Assembly: GCA_963667785.2 (NCBI GenBank) | Contig: CAXXMU010000006.1 | Location: 320,001 to 384,000, forward strand | Direction: 5' to 3' | DNA: 64,000 nucleotides | Origin: Alphaproteobacteria bacterium | GTDB lineage: Bacteria > Pseudomonadota > Alphaproteobacteria > UBA828 | Shown: positions 1 to 8,255 of the stretch, in pieces | How positions within the stretch are numbered: position 1 is the stretch's first letter | Layout of the letters: every line of letters starts with the position of its first letter | Notes under the pieces: generated by a model | Databases searched by the model: none | Seen by the model: only the letters and a program-made list of their open reading frames with translations | What the model was told of the DNA's origin: nothing | Program-made: the position numbers and the translations under genes

Positions 1-94
1 TTCCAGGCTCTCTTTCTTCAGGCACCCTATAGGCACCACTGTTTCGTAACCTCCCGGCCGCTCCAGACCACGGCGAAGGTGAGGGTTCGGGTAA

Positions 95-226
95 GTTCGG
101 GTGGTGCGGGGCGATGCGACCTCGCACACCTACGAGCGCACGATCCAGCCGCTGCCGAAGCTTGGGCCGTGGGTGGACGAGCTCAAGCGCCGTCTGGAGG
201 CCAACGAGAGGACGAAGCGCCGGAGG
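95..226 (+). mobile_element. IS21-family transposase (IstA) N-terminal remnant
   Basis: Translates VRVVRGDATSHTYERTIQPLPKLGPWVDELKRRLEANERTKRR, resembling the IstA segment after the HTH (VRKVLRSGET.F.YER..QP.PKLG.W..ELD..L.AN). No start, DDE domain or istB follows. Confidence 0.65.
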
Positions 227-361
227 TTCCTGTCGGCCCACCGGGGCAACCGGGTTGAAGGCGAGGTCGGTGCCGGCGACGTGAAGGCAAACGGCACGGG
301 CGCTCAACTGCGTATAACAAGAGATAATAGTAAGGCCTCCGGCTCGCGTATTTCTCATTGC

Positions 362-389
362 TTGACCGCGTCCTTTCGCTAAGGACAAT
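362..389 (+). promoter_or_regulatory. Candidate sigma70 promoter for the tailoring operon
   Basis: TTGACC-N16-GACAAT, 45 nt upstream of the ATG at 434. Confidence 0.35.
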
Positions 390-433
390 TGAGTCCGCTG
401 GTGCAGAGTCACTTGACCATGTGAGAAGCCGAC

Positions 434-2881
434 ATGGCTGAGGTTGGGGCCGATCCAGGCGGCTTGGGCGCCGGAGCGGCCGCGGGCGGCAGGCCGCTCC
501 AGCCGTCGCTCTGGAGCGCCCTCCCCCACTTCCTGCCGCTTCTGATCTTTCCGCTGATCGTCAACGCCGCGCTGCAGGGCAGCTGGTGGATCGCGGCGCC
601 CTTCGTCTTCTTCATGCTTGCGGGTCCCCTGGATGTCGCGCTCGGCGCGGACGAGAAGAACATGGACCCGGCGAAGACGCCCGAGAGGCGCCTGTTCTGG
701 CACAATCTGCCGGTCTGGGGGTGGGCGTTTCTCTGGCCCCTGACCTTCGCCTTCACGCTCTGGCAAGTCCTCGTCGTCGGCCATCTGGCCCTTTGGGAGA
801 CCGCGTTGATGGCGGTGGTGCTCGCGACCGAGGCCCAGGCGGTCTTCATCGTCGGCCACGAGCTGGTCCATCGGCGGCACGCGTGGGAGCGCCGCCTCGG
901 CGAGTTTCTGCTCGCGTCGGCCTCCTACCCGCACTACGCCACGGAGCACATCTACATTCACCACGCCCTCGTCGGCACGCCGCTTGACGTGGGGTCTGCG
1001 CCCAAGGGCGAGAGCCTCTGGCGCTATTTCCCGCGCGAGCTGGCGAGCAACATCCTCGGCGCCTGGCGCGTCACCCGCGAGCGGCTGGCCCGCCGCCGCC
1101 TGCCCATGTGGCACTACAGCAATCCCTTCTGGCGGTACGGCTTCGAAACCGCTCTCTGGTACGCGCTGATCTACTGGATGGGCGATTGGTGGGCAGTCTT
1201 GATCTACGCCGTACTCTGCCTCGGCGTCGTGCTCTCGATGAAGATCAGCAACTACATCCAGCACTACGGCCTGCGCCGCATCCGCATGCCCAACGGCCGC
1301 TTCGAGAAGGTCCGGCCCCGGCATTCGTGGAGCGCCAGCTGCAGGTTCAGCAACTGGATGTTCTACAACATGCAGCGCCATCCGGATCACCACGCGGTGG
1401 CGAGCCGGCCGTATGCACTGCTGCAGCATCGCGGCGAGGACGAATCGCCGCAGTTGCCTGGGAGCTACGGCAAGATGTTCGGCTTGGCGGTGCGACCGAA
1501 GCGCTGGTTCCGGACCATGGACCCGCTGGTCGATCAGTGGCGCGCCCACTTCTACCCCGAGATCGAGGACTGGAGCCCCTACGACAGCGCGGTTGCCGAA
1601 GCCCGGCCGGAGGCCTTCGACGCCATCGTCGAGATCTTCGGCGCAGCGCCGCGGCTCGCCGGGCTGATCGAGCGAAGCCCGGAGCTGCTCGACAGCCTCA
1701 AAAGCCGGGAGTTTACCGATCTCGATCTTCCGGGCGGCTTCGGGCCGGACCTGGAATTCGAGGCGACCGCCCGCAGTGGCCTCACGCGCCTCTACTGGAC
1801 GCACGAGTTCGGCGTCGCGGAGATGACCGAACAGATCGCCGAAGCGCCCGTTCAGGATGTGAGCGACACGGCGGACTCCGTGCGCAACTGGTCGAACGAC
1901 AAGACCTTCCAGATCGGCATCCACACGCTGCGCGGCAATCTCACCCCGATCGAGGCGGGAACGGCGCTCGCGAATGTCGCGGAGGCCGCGATCGCCGCCG
2001 TGCTCGAGGCGGTCGACGAGGAGATCGCCGAGACCCGCGGCCCGCGCGGCGAGGGAGGGATCGCGGCGGTGGCTCTGGGCGATCTGGCAAGCCGGGACGT
2101 GGCGCCCGGCATGGCGCTGGACCTCCTGTTCGTGCATGAGGGCGGCTCCGCCGGCGAGCAGGAGGCGACGTGCCGCCGCTACCGCGATGCGCTCCGCCGG
2201 CTGTCGCGCGGCAGCCTGCTGTTCGCGGACGCGCCGCGCGGTGGAAAGGGACGGGCCGCGAGAGCGCTCTCGGAGTTCGCCGATGGCGGCTGGAGCGCCG
2301 GATCGGCAGACGCGCTACTGGAGCTGACACGCACGCGCTGCGTCTTCGAATCGGGCGAGAGCGGGATCGGCCGGCGCTTCGACGAGGCGCGGCAGGCGCT
2401 GCTCGGCCGCGGCGACGCGCACGCGGCGCTCGTCGCCGAGCTGCGGGGCGGAGCCGGCGGCACGGCCGCACCGGGGCTTGCCGCGCTCGACGAGATGACC
2501 GGCGGCCTCGACGACGTCGAGCGCACTGCCCGGCTTCTCCAGCTGACCGGCCCCGGAGACGCCGTGGACGATCCGGCGCCCAGGGCGGTGGCAGTCTTCG
2601 AAGTCGCGGGGGCGCATGGCGCGATCCCCGACGACAGCGCGGAGGCCTTGATCGAGGCCGCCACGATGTGGCGCACCCTGCGCGGCATTCTGCGGCTGAT
2701 TGCGGACGACGGCGTCGTGGACGGTGCAGCGGCGACCGGGGTCAAGGCCGCCATTGCGCAGGCCGCCGGGCTGGACGATTTCGACGCGCTCGCCAACACG
2801 ATCCGCGATAGGGCATCCCGCGCCGCAGCCGCGCGCGATGCAGTGAACGGAACGCGTGGCCCCGCTGCCGGCACGAGCTGA
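434..2881 (+). CDS. AlkB-like membrane di-iron hydroxylase/desaturase fused to a degenerate GlnE (GS adenylyltransferase)-like C-terminal half
   Basis: N-terminal TM helices and His boxes HELVH, EHIYIHH, NYIQHYGL, QRHPDHH. C-half has GlnE-like segments IFGAAPRLAGLIERSPELLD, AVALGDLASRDVAPGMALDLLFV and GGLDDVERTARLLQL. Confidence 0.8.
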   Translation: MAEVGADPGGLGAGAAAGGRPLQPSLWSALPHFLPLLIFPLIVNAALQGSWWIAAPFVFFMLAGPLDVALGADEKNMDPAKTPERRLFWHNLPVWGWAFLWPLTFAFTLWQVLVVGHLALWETALMAVVLATEAQAVFIVGHELVHRRHAWERRLGEFLLASASYPHYATEHIYIHHALVGTPLDVGSAPKGESLWRYFPRELASNILGAWRVTRERLARRRLPMWHYSNPFWRYGFETALWYALIYWMGDWWAVLIYAVLCLGVVLSMKISNYIQHYGLRRIRMPNGRFEKVRPRHSWSASCRFSNWMFYNMQRHPDHHAVASRPYALLQHRGEDESPQLPGSYGKMFGLAVRPKRWFRTMDPLVDQWRAHFYPEIEDWSPYDSAVAEARPEAFDAIVEIFGAAPRLAGLIERSPELLDSLKSREFTDLDLPGGFGPDLEFEATARSGLTRLYWTHEFGVAEMTEQIAEAPVQDVSDTADSVRNWSNDKTFQIGIHTLRGNLTPIEAGTALANVAEAAIAAVLEAVDEEIAETRGPRGEGGIAAVALGDLASRDVAPGMALDLLFVHEGGSAGEQEATCRRYRDALRRLSRGSLLFADAPRGGKGRAARALSEFADGGWSAGSADALLELTRTRCVFESGESGIGRRFDEARQALLGRGDAHAALVAELRGGAGGTAAPGLAALDEMTGGLDDVERTARLLQLTGPGDAVDDPAPRAVAVFEVAGAHGAIPDDSAEALIEAATMWRTLRGILRLIADDGVVDGAAATGVKAAIAQAAGLDDFDALANTIRDRASRAAAARDAVNGTRGPAAGTS

Positions 2882-2882
2882 C

Positions 2883-5210
2883 GTGACGGATCGCCCTGCC
2901 CGATCCGGTTCGCGCCGCGGCATCCTGACGACGACATCCGCTGCCGATCACGATCCGATCGAGCGGCCGGCGCTGACGCCGCACCTTGAATTCCGGTCGC
3001 TCGGTGAAGACCGGGCGCTGCTGGTGTCGGACTCCTTCAACACGTTGCTGCACGGGCGGATCCACTGCGATCTGCTGCCCCTTCTCGACGGCCGGCGCGC
3101 GCGGGACGAGATCGTTGCCGCCCTCGCGGGCGTCCATGCGGGCGCCGAGGTGGAGCAGGCGCTGACCTCGCTTGCGGCGAGGGGATACGTCGTCTCCGGC
3201 GCGCATGTCATGGACCGGTCCCGGGCGGCGTTCTGGTCCGCGCTGGGCGCCTCGCCCTGCCGGGCGGAGGAGCGGCTCGGCGCATCGACGGTCGCGGTCG
3301 AGGGCGACGACGGCCGTCTCGCCCGCGGCCTCGGCGCCATGGGCGTGACGGTGGGCGCAGACCGCCCGACGCTCATCGTCGTCGTCTGCGCGGACTATCT
3401 CGACGAGCGGCACGACTCCCTCAATCGCCGCCACCTTGCCGCACGCACGCCCTGGATGCTGGTCCGGCCCGCCGGCCTGCAGCCGCTCTTCGGACCCGTC
3501 TTCCGGCCGGCGGAGCAGGGCCCCTGCTGGGCCTGCCTCGCCTACCGGATGCGCGGCAATCAGGAGGTTCACACCTTCCTGCGCAATCTGGGCGGCGAGG
3601 ATGCGGCCTTCGTGCCCTTCGCCGCCGTGCCTACCGCCCTGGATGCGGTGGCGGGCCTCGCCGCGGCCGAGATCGCCAAGTGGCTGGTCCTGGGAGACGC
3701 GGCGACGCTCCACGAGAGGGCGATCTCGCTGGACCTCGCCAGCCTCGAGAGCGCGCACCATCCGACCATGCGCCGGCCGCAGTGCCCCGTCTGCGGCGAC
3801 GAGGCGCGCCATCGCGCCGACCGGCCGGCGCAGCCGGTGCGCCTCGGCCCGAGCCCGAAGGGCACGCGCAACAGCGGCGGCGTGCGCACCGTCTCGCCGG
3901 AGGAGACCCTCGCCCGTTACCGGCATCTGATCAGCCCGGTGAGCGGGATCGTCACATGGGTGGCGCGCACCACGGCGGAGTCCGACCCCTGGCTGCACGT
4001 CCACTGGGCCGGCAGCAATCTGGCGCTCCGGATCAGGAGCCTGAGCTCGCTCAGGCGCAGCCTGCGGAGCAAGAGCGCGGGCAAGGGGAGCACCGCGCAG
4101 CAGTCCGAGGTGAGCGCGCTCTGCGAGGCGATCGAGCGCTATTGCGGCGCCTTCCACGGCGACGAGATCAGGCGGCCGGCGCGGTTCTCGGATTTTGCGG
4201 CGGCCGGTGGCACGGAGGCGATCCACCCCAACCAGGTTCAGCTCTTCAGCGAACGGCAACTGGACCACGCAGACGAGATCAATGCCCGCGGCCATCCCTA
4301 CAACGTGGTGCCGCCGCGCTTCGATCCCGAGAAGGAGATCGACTGGTCGCCGGTGTGGTCGCTCACGCAAGGCCGGCACCGCTATCTCCCCACATCCATG
4401 CTCTACGGCATGACTCCCGAGCAGCGGGCGCATGCGGACCTCTGGGCGGATTCGAACGGATGCGCCGCCGGCAACACGCTCGAGGAGGCGATCCTGCAGG
4501 GGTTCTACGAGCTGGTGGAGCGCGATGCCGTCGCCATCTGGTGGTACAACCGGCTGCGCCTGCCCGCGGTGGAGCTCGGGAGCTTCGGCGACGACTACCT
4601 GTCCGCCGCGCCCGACTACTACCGGGGCCGCAATCGCGACATGTGGGTGCTGGACGCGACCTCAGACCTCGGCATCCCCGCCTTCGTCGCGCTCTCGCGC
4701 CGCACGGACGTCGAGAACGAGGACATCATCTACGGCGCCGGCGCGCACGCGGACCCGCACATCGCAGCGCTCCGCGCGGTGTGCGAGATGAACCAGTGCC
4801 TGACCTGGGTGCCAAGCCCGGGCGACGGCGACGGCCGCTACGGCGTGGACGATCCCATGTGCCTGTGGTGGTGGAAGAACGCGACGCTCGCGGACCATCC
4901 CTACCTGGCGTCGGCGCCGGATGCCACGCCGCGCCGCCGGGCGGACTATCCGGTTCCCGACGGCGCCGACCTGAGAGAGGACGTGGAGCGTTGCCGCGCG
5001 CTGGTCGAGGCCCGGGGCATGGAGTTCCTCGTTCTCGACCAGACCCGGGCGGACGTCGGGATGCCGGTGGTTCGGGTGATCGTGCCGGGCCTGCGCCACT
5101 TCTGGGAACGCTTCGCGCCGGGGCGGCTCTTCGACGTGCCGGTGGAGATGGGCCGGCGCGAGTCTCCCCTGGCGGAGTCCGACCTCAATCCGGTCCCGGT
5201 CATCGCCTGA
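2883..5210 (+). CDS. srpC: Fused leader-binding/E1-like + YcaO cyclodehydratase (TOMM type, SrpC-like)
   Basis: GP...CWAC and CPVC in the E1-like domain; YcaO ATP-binding motifs EAIER, SNGCAAG, ELVERD; C-terminal PxP (NPVPVIA). GTG start chosen right after the upstream stop (ORF track starts at 2856). Confidence 0.9.
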   Translation: MTDRPARSGSRRGILTTTSAADHDPIERPALTPHLEFRSLGEDRALLVSDSFNTLLHGRIHCDLLPLLDGRRARDEIVAALAGVHAGAEVEQALTSLAARGYVVSGAHVMDRSRAAFWSALGASPCRAEERLGASTVAVEGDDGRLARGLGAMGVTVGADRPTLIVVVCADYLDERHDSLNRRHLAARTPWMLVRPAGLQPLFGPVFRPAEQGPCWACLAYRMRGNQEVHTFLRNLGGEDAAFVPFAAVPTALDAVAGLAAAEIAKWLVLGDAATLHERAISLDLASLESAHHPTMRRPQCPVCGDEARHRADRPAQPVRLGPSPKGTRNSGGVRTVSPEETLARYRHLISPVSGIVTWVARTTAESDPWLHVHWAGSNLALRIRSLSSLRRSLRSKSAGKGSTAQQSEVSALCEAIERYCGAFHGDEIRRPARFSDFAAAGGTEAIHPNQVQLFSERQLDHADEINARGHPYNVVPPRFDPEKEIDWSPVWSLTQGRHRYLPTSMLYGMTPEQRAHADLWADSNGCAAGNTLEEAILQGFYELVERDAVAIWWYNRLRLPAVELGSFGDDYLSAAPDYYRGRNRDMWVLDATSDLGIPAFVALSRRTDVENEDIIYGAGAHADPHIAALRAVCEMNQCLTWVPSPGDGDGRYGVDDPMCLWWWKNATLADHPYLASAPDATPRRRADYPVPDGADLREDVERCRALVEARGMEFLVLDQTRADVGMPVVRVIVPGLRHFWERFAPGRLFDVPVEMGRRESPLAESDLNPVPVIA

Positions 5211-5220
5211 GAGGCCGACA

Positions 5221-6522
5221 ATGAAGAGCCCCATCGACGCAGCAGAATTTCTCGTGTCGAAAGCCGGCGACGACGACGCGTTTCGTGACCGTCTGCGCGC
5301 AAACCCCACGGAAACGATCGAAACGGAGCTGGGCGTCACCCTTGACGAAGGTCATCGGATTCACGTGCACGAAGACAGCTATTCGGCGACCCATCTCGTG
5401 CTTCCGCCGCGCGAGAAATACACTCGAGAAGAACGGGAGGAAGCAAGAGGCGGTGCGGCGTCGCTCGAGTTTCTTCGCAAGACAATGCACGACCCCGCGC
5501 CTCCCCGTCGTCCGCCTGCGCCCGGACGGTCGCGCTCCCGAGAGATCGTTCCTACCGCCGAGGCACTGGCGAGAGAGGCCGAAGAAAGCATCGGTCTCGG
5601 TCTCGAATTCCTGACATCGACCATCGACGAATTCGGAGCCTGGCACTGCATCCGCTTCAACACCGCCGACCCGGACATTCCCCGGCACTTCGAAAGACCC
5701 CCCTTCGTTTCGGCTCTCTGCGTGCTTGCCTTGGAGCGTTGCCGTGACGCGCGCGCAAAGGCCGTGTGCGCTGCCACAAGGGCGTATCTCGTCGGCACGA
5801 TCGAATATCCCGGGCTATGGCGCTACTACCGCCATTTGCCGCAAGACCTCGACAGCACGGCGCTCTGTTCGCTCGTCCTCCGGGCTCATCCCTGGATTTT
5901 GCTGGGCAGAAACGTTCCGAAAATACTGGCCAATCGCGACGAGGAGGGTCGTTTCCTGACATGGCTCCTGGCGGAAGACGAGCCCACCGTCGTGTCGACC
6001 TTTCGCATCGAAGCCGACCCCGTGGTCAATGCGAACGTCATCGCCTATCTCGGCGACCACCCCGAAACCGAACCCGCCCAACGCTGGCTGGAAGCCCTGC
6101 TTGGCGAAGGCGGCGAGACGAATTCGTCCAAATGGTATCCGGATACCGTCGCGATCTACTATGCGATCAGCCGCGCCGTGGTTCGCGTGCAGCCTGCTCT
6201 CGATCGCCTGCGCCCGGTGCTCGCGGAGCGTATCCTGGGTTTGCGCGACGGGGCGGGAGAATTCGGCAACGTTCTCCAGACCGCCCAGGCCGCGTCGGCG
6301 CTCCACAACGTCGGACGCCTCGAAAACGATCACGCCAAACGCCAGGCGGAAACGTTGATCAGTTTGCAAGGTAACGACGGTAGCTGGCCGGAGCTTCTCG
6401 CCTTCGGCGACCAGTCCGTCAAGTGGGGTACGGCAGGCCGGATAGGGCACGGCTCCGAAGCCGTGACGTCCGCGTTCTGCATCGAAGCTCTGGCGCGTCT
6501 CGTCGAGATATTGCGGACTTGA
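5221..6522 (+). CDS. NHLP-leader domain (aa 1-78, ends GG) fused to a class II terpene cyclase / prenyltransferase-squalene-oxidase-repeat domain
   Basis: aa 1-78 align without gaps to the precursor leader. The downstream domain has a DLDST (DxDD-like) motif, a QW-like repeat QGNDGSWP, GAW/GLW repeats and a C-terminal GSEAVTSAFCIEAL helix. Confidence 0.75.
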   Translation: MKSPIDAAEFLVSKAGDDDAFRDRLRANPTETIETELGVTLDEGHRIHVHEDSYSATHLVLPPREKYTREEREEARGGAASLEFLRKTMHDPAPPRRPPAPGRSRSREIVPTAEALAREAEESIGLGLEFLTSTIDEFGAWHCIRFNTADPDIPRHFERPPFVSALCVLALERCRDARAKAVCAATRAYLVGTIEYPGLWRYYRHLPQDLDSTALCSLVLRAHPWILLGRNVPKILANRDEEGRFLTWLLAEDEPTVVSTFRIEADPVVNANVIAYLGDHPETEPAQRWLEALLGEGGETNSSKWYPDTVAIYYAISRAVVRVQPALDRLRPVLAERILGLRDGAGEFGNVLQTAQAASALHNVGRLENDHAKRQAETLISLQGNDGSWPELLAFGDQSVKWGTAGRIGHGSEAVTSAFCIEALARLVEILRT

Positions 6523-6624
6523 GGGAGGCGCCTTTGCGACGCGCTCGCCGGCACGGGCGTTCGCAAGCGCCCTCTCGTTGAAGCCGATTCGACTCCTGCA
6601 CCCGTTGTCGCGTGAGGAAGCACC

Positions 6625-7743
6625 ATGGACGTTGACGAGGCAGTCACGCTTACCCAGGACCGTCTTGCCCGAGAGGGCGGCACCATGGCCGACCTGCTCG
6701 GGCACTTTCGAAGCGGGATCTCGCCGGTTCTCATCGGCGATCCGGAATGGGAGGACATACTCGACTGCGCCGGGAAACTTCCCATCACCATGGGCGCTCT
6801 GCCGTTCGGCTTTGAACTGCCGCTGCATGCGCGCAGGCCACAGGCCGATTTCGGTGTTTCGCTCGCGAGCGGAACCAGAACGGCGGCGTTTTTCGAGGAA
6901 CGCGCTCGGACCGACCGGTCGGATGGAACCGCGAAAGCGATCATGCAGTTGTTCAGACAAATGGATGACGAAGACTCACCGCTGCGTGACATTGTCGGCC
7001 GCAAGTTGATGCTGGAATTCGACATCGGCTCGGCGCGGGAAGGCAAGACATCGCTTCCGGGCATGTTCCTGCGGCCGGGCGAACGCCCCATCATCGGCGC
7101 CCGTGGTCAGGCGGACGATGTCGCCATGGTGGTCGACGCGCTCGCTTCCTGCGTCGGCTGGGAGGTGACCGACGCCGAGCGGGCGACCGTCGAACGCGTT
7201 TACCTGGCGCAGCCGGGAGAGACGCGCATGGATTCGTTCGGTGTGTTCCCGTCTCGCTCGCGGGCGATCCGCCTGGCGATCATGGGCTTCAGATCGGGGC
7301 AGGAAACATGTTCCTATCTTGAAGACACGGGCTGGCCGGGCCGAATCCAGACCGTCGCCTCCGTGATTGCGCGCTTCAGGGAGCGCGCGAACATCGTCAG
7401 GATCGGGGCGAACATCGACGTGCAGGAAGAGGGTCTCGGTCCAACGCTCGGCCTCACGCTCATCGTCAAGCAGAGATACACGAAGGATTCGCGCTATTGG
7501 CTCGACGGCCTGACCGATTGGGACCCGTTCCTGGCGGCACTGAGCCACGAGGACCTCGTCGTTCCGGAGAAGCTTGCGGCGCTTGCTGACTGGGTCTCGA
7601 AACCGACAACGCTTTTTGCGAAGTCCGGGCAGTATGTACTGCTGCGCGGCATTCACCACATAAAGCTTGTCATATCCGGAAATCGGCTCCGACACGCGAA
7701 AGCCTACGTGTTCATGGTGCTTTCCGGAGCGGTCTCGGCTTAG
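6625..7743 (+). CDS. Hypothetical protein, putative ABBA-fold peptide/aromatic prenyltransferase
   Basis: 372 aa with a good RBS (GAGGA). Motifs FGFELPL...ADFGV and HHIKLV...AKAYVF, alternating alpha/beta pattern, adjacent to the cyclase-like gene. Function is inferred. Confidence 0.5.
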   Translation: MDVDEAVTLTQDRLAREGGTMADLLGHFRSGISPVLIGDPEWEDILDCAGKLPITMGALPFGFELPLHARRPQADFGVSLASGTRTAAFFEERARTDRSDGTAKAIMQLFRQMDDEDSPLRDIVGRKLMLEFDIGSAREGKTSLPGMFLRPGERPIIGARGQADDVAMVVDALASCVGWEVTDAERATVERVYLAQPGETRMDSFGVFPSRSRAIRLAIMGFRSGQETCSYLEDTGWPGRIQTVASVIARFRERANIVRIGANIDVQEEGLGPTLGLTLIVKQRYTKDSRYWLDGLTDWDPFLAALSHEDLVVPEKLAALADWVSKPTTLFAKSGQYVLLRGIHHIKLVISGNRLRHAKAYVFMVLSGAVSA

Positions 7744-7752
7744 AGACGAAGG

Positions 7753-7780
7753 TGCCCCCCGGCGTTCGCGAAGGGGGGCA
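7753..7780. terminator. Stem-loop between convergent genes
   Basis: TGCCCCCC-N12-GGGGGGCA between the stops at 7743 (+) and 7850 (-). Confidence 0.5.
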
Positions 7781-7849
7781 GTTCAGGCCGCGCACGAACG
7801 CGGATTCGGAATGTTCCGCTTGTGACCGGCTACACGCCGGCCATGGGAT

Positions 7850-8101
7850 CTACCAGCAGCAGCACAGCCCGGCCGAGATGGCCTCGAGCTGCTCCTCGCT
7901 GATGTTTGGGTCCGGCGGCAACGCGAGATGCACCGTCTGCATGTCGCTCTCATGGACCTTAATCGTCATCGACTCGGGAATGGTGATGCCCAGCTCCTCG
8001 GAGATGGTGCTCTTCGGATCTGCGAGAAGCTGCTGCCTGAAATCCGCATCCAGAGCAGACTTCTCGACTATCTGCTTCAGCATTTCGTCGCCACTTCTCA
8101 T
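7850..8101 (-). CDS. srpE: NHLP (proteusin) RiPP precursor: 78-aa leader + core LCCCW (SrpE-like)
   Basis: MRSGDEML...DADFRQQLLADPK...EELGITIP...VHE...HLALPP...EEQLEAISAG|LCCCW. AG double-Gly-type site; RBS AGGGAG before the ATG at 8101. Confidence 0.93.
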   Translation of the reverse strand: MRSGDEMLKQIVEKSALDADFRQQLLADPKSTISEELGITIPESMTIKVHESDMQTVHLALPPDPNISEEQLEAISAGLCCCW

Positions 8102-8131
8102 GGCAATGCTCCCTTGGTTCACGCACGATAC

Positions 8132-8160
8132 CGAGTAACACGATCATTTTTCCCGGTCAA
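8132..8160 (-). promoter_or_regulatory. Candidate dedicated promoter for the precursor gene
   Basis: Minus strand TTGACC-N17-TACTCG in an AT-rich spacer. Confidence 0.35.
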
Positions 8161-8255
8161 GCGCCTGAAGTAACGGAATTTATTATGGTATCGGCAAGTT
8201 TATCTTATGACGCCGGAATGCCTGGTGTGGCGTACGGCGGCCGCGCGCCGGCTTC

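Noticed and set aside
101-382. 93-aa ORF as a functional gene
   Set aside because: Only the first ~42 codons resemble IstA; the rest is unrelated read-through into the promoter region.
434-1580. Alkane-degradation locus
   Set aside because: No rubredoxin, reductase or alk genes nearby; the gene is coupled to the YcaO gene instead.
7850-8101. Precursor, or the 5221 N-terminus, as a nitrile hydratase alpha subunit
   Set aside because: Lacks the CxxCSC metal-binding motif and no beta subunit is present; it is the NHLP leader homologue.
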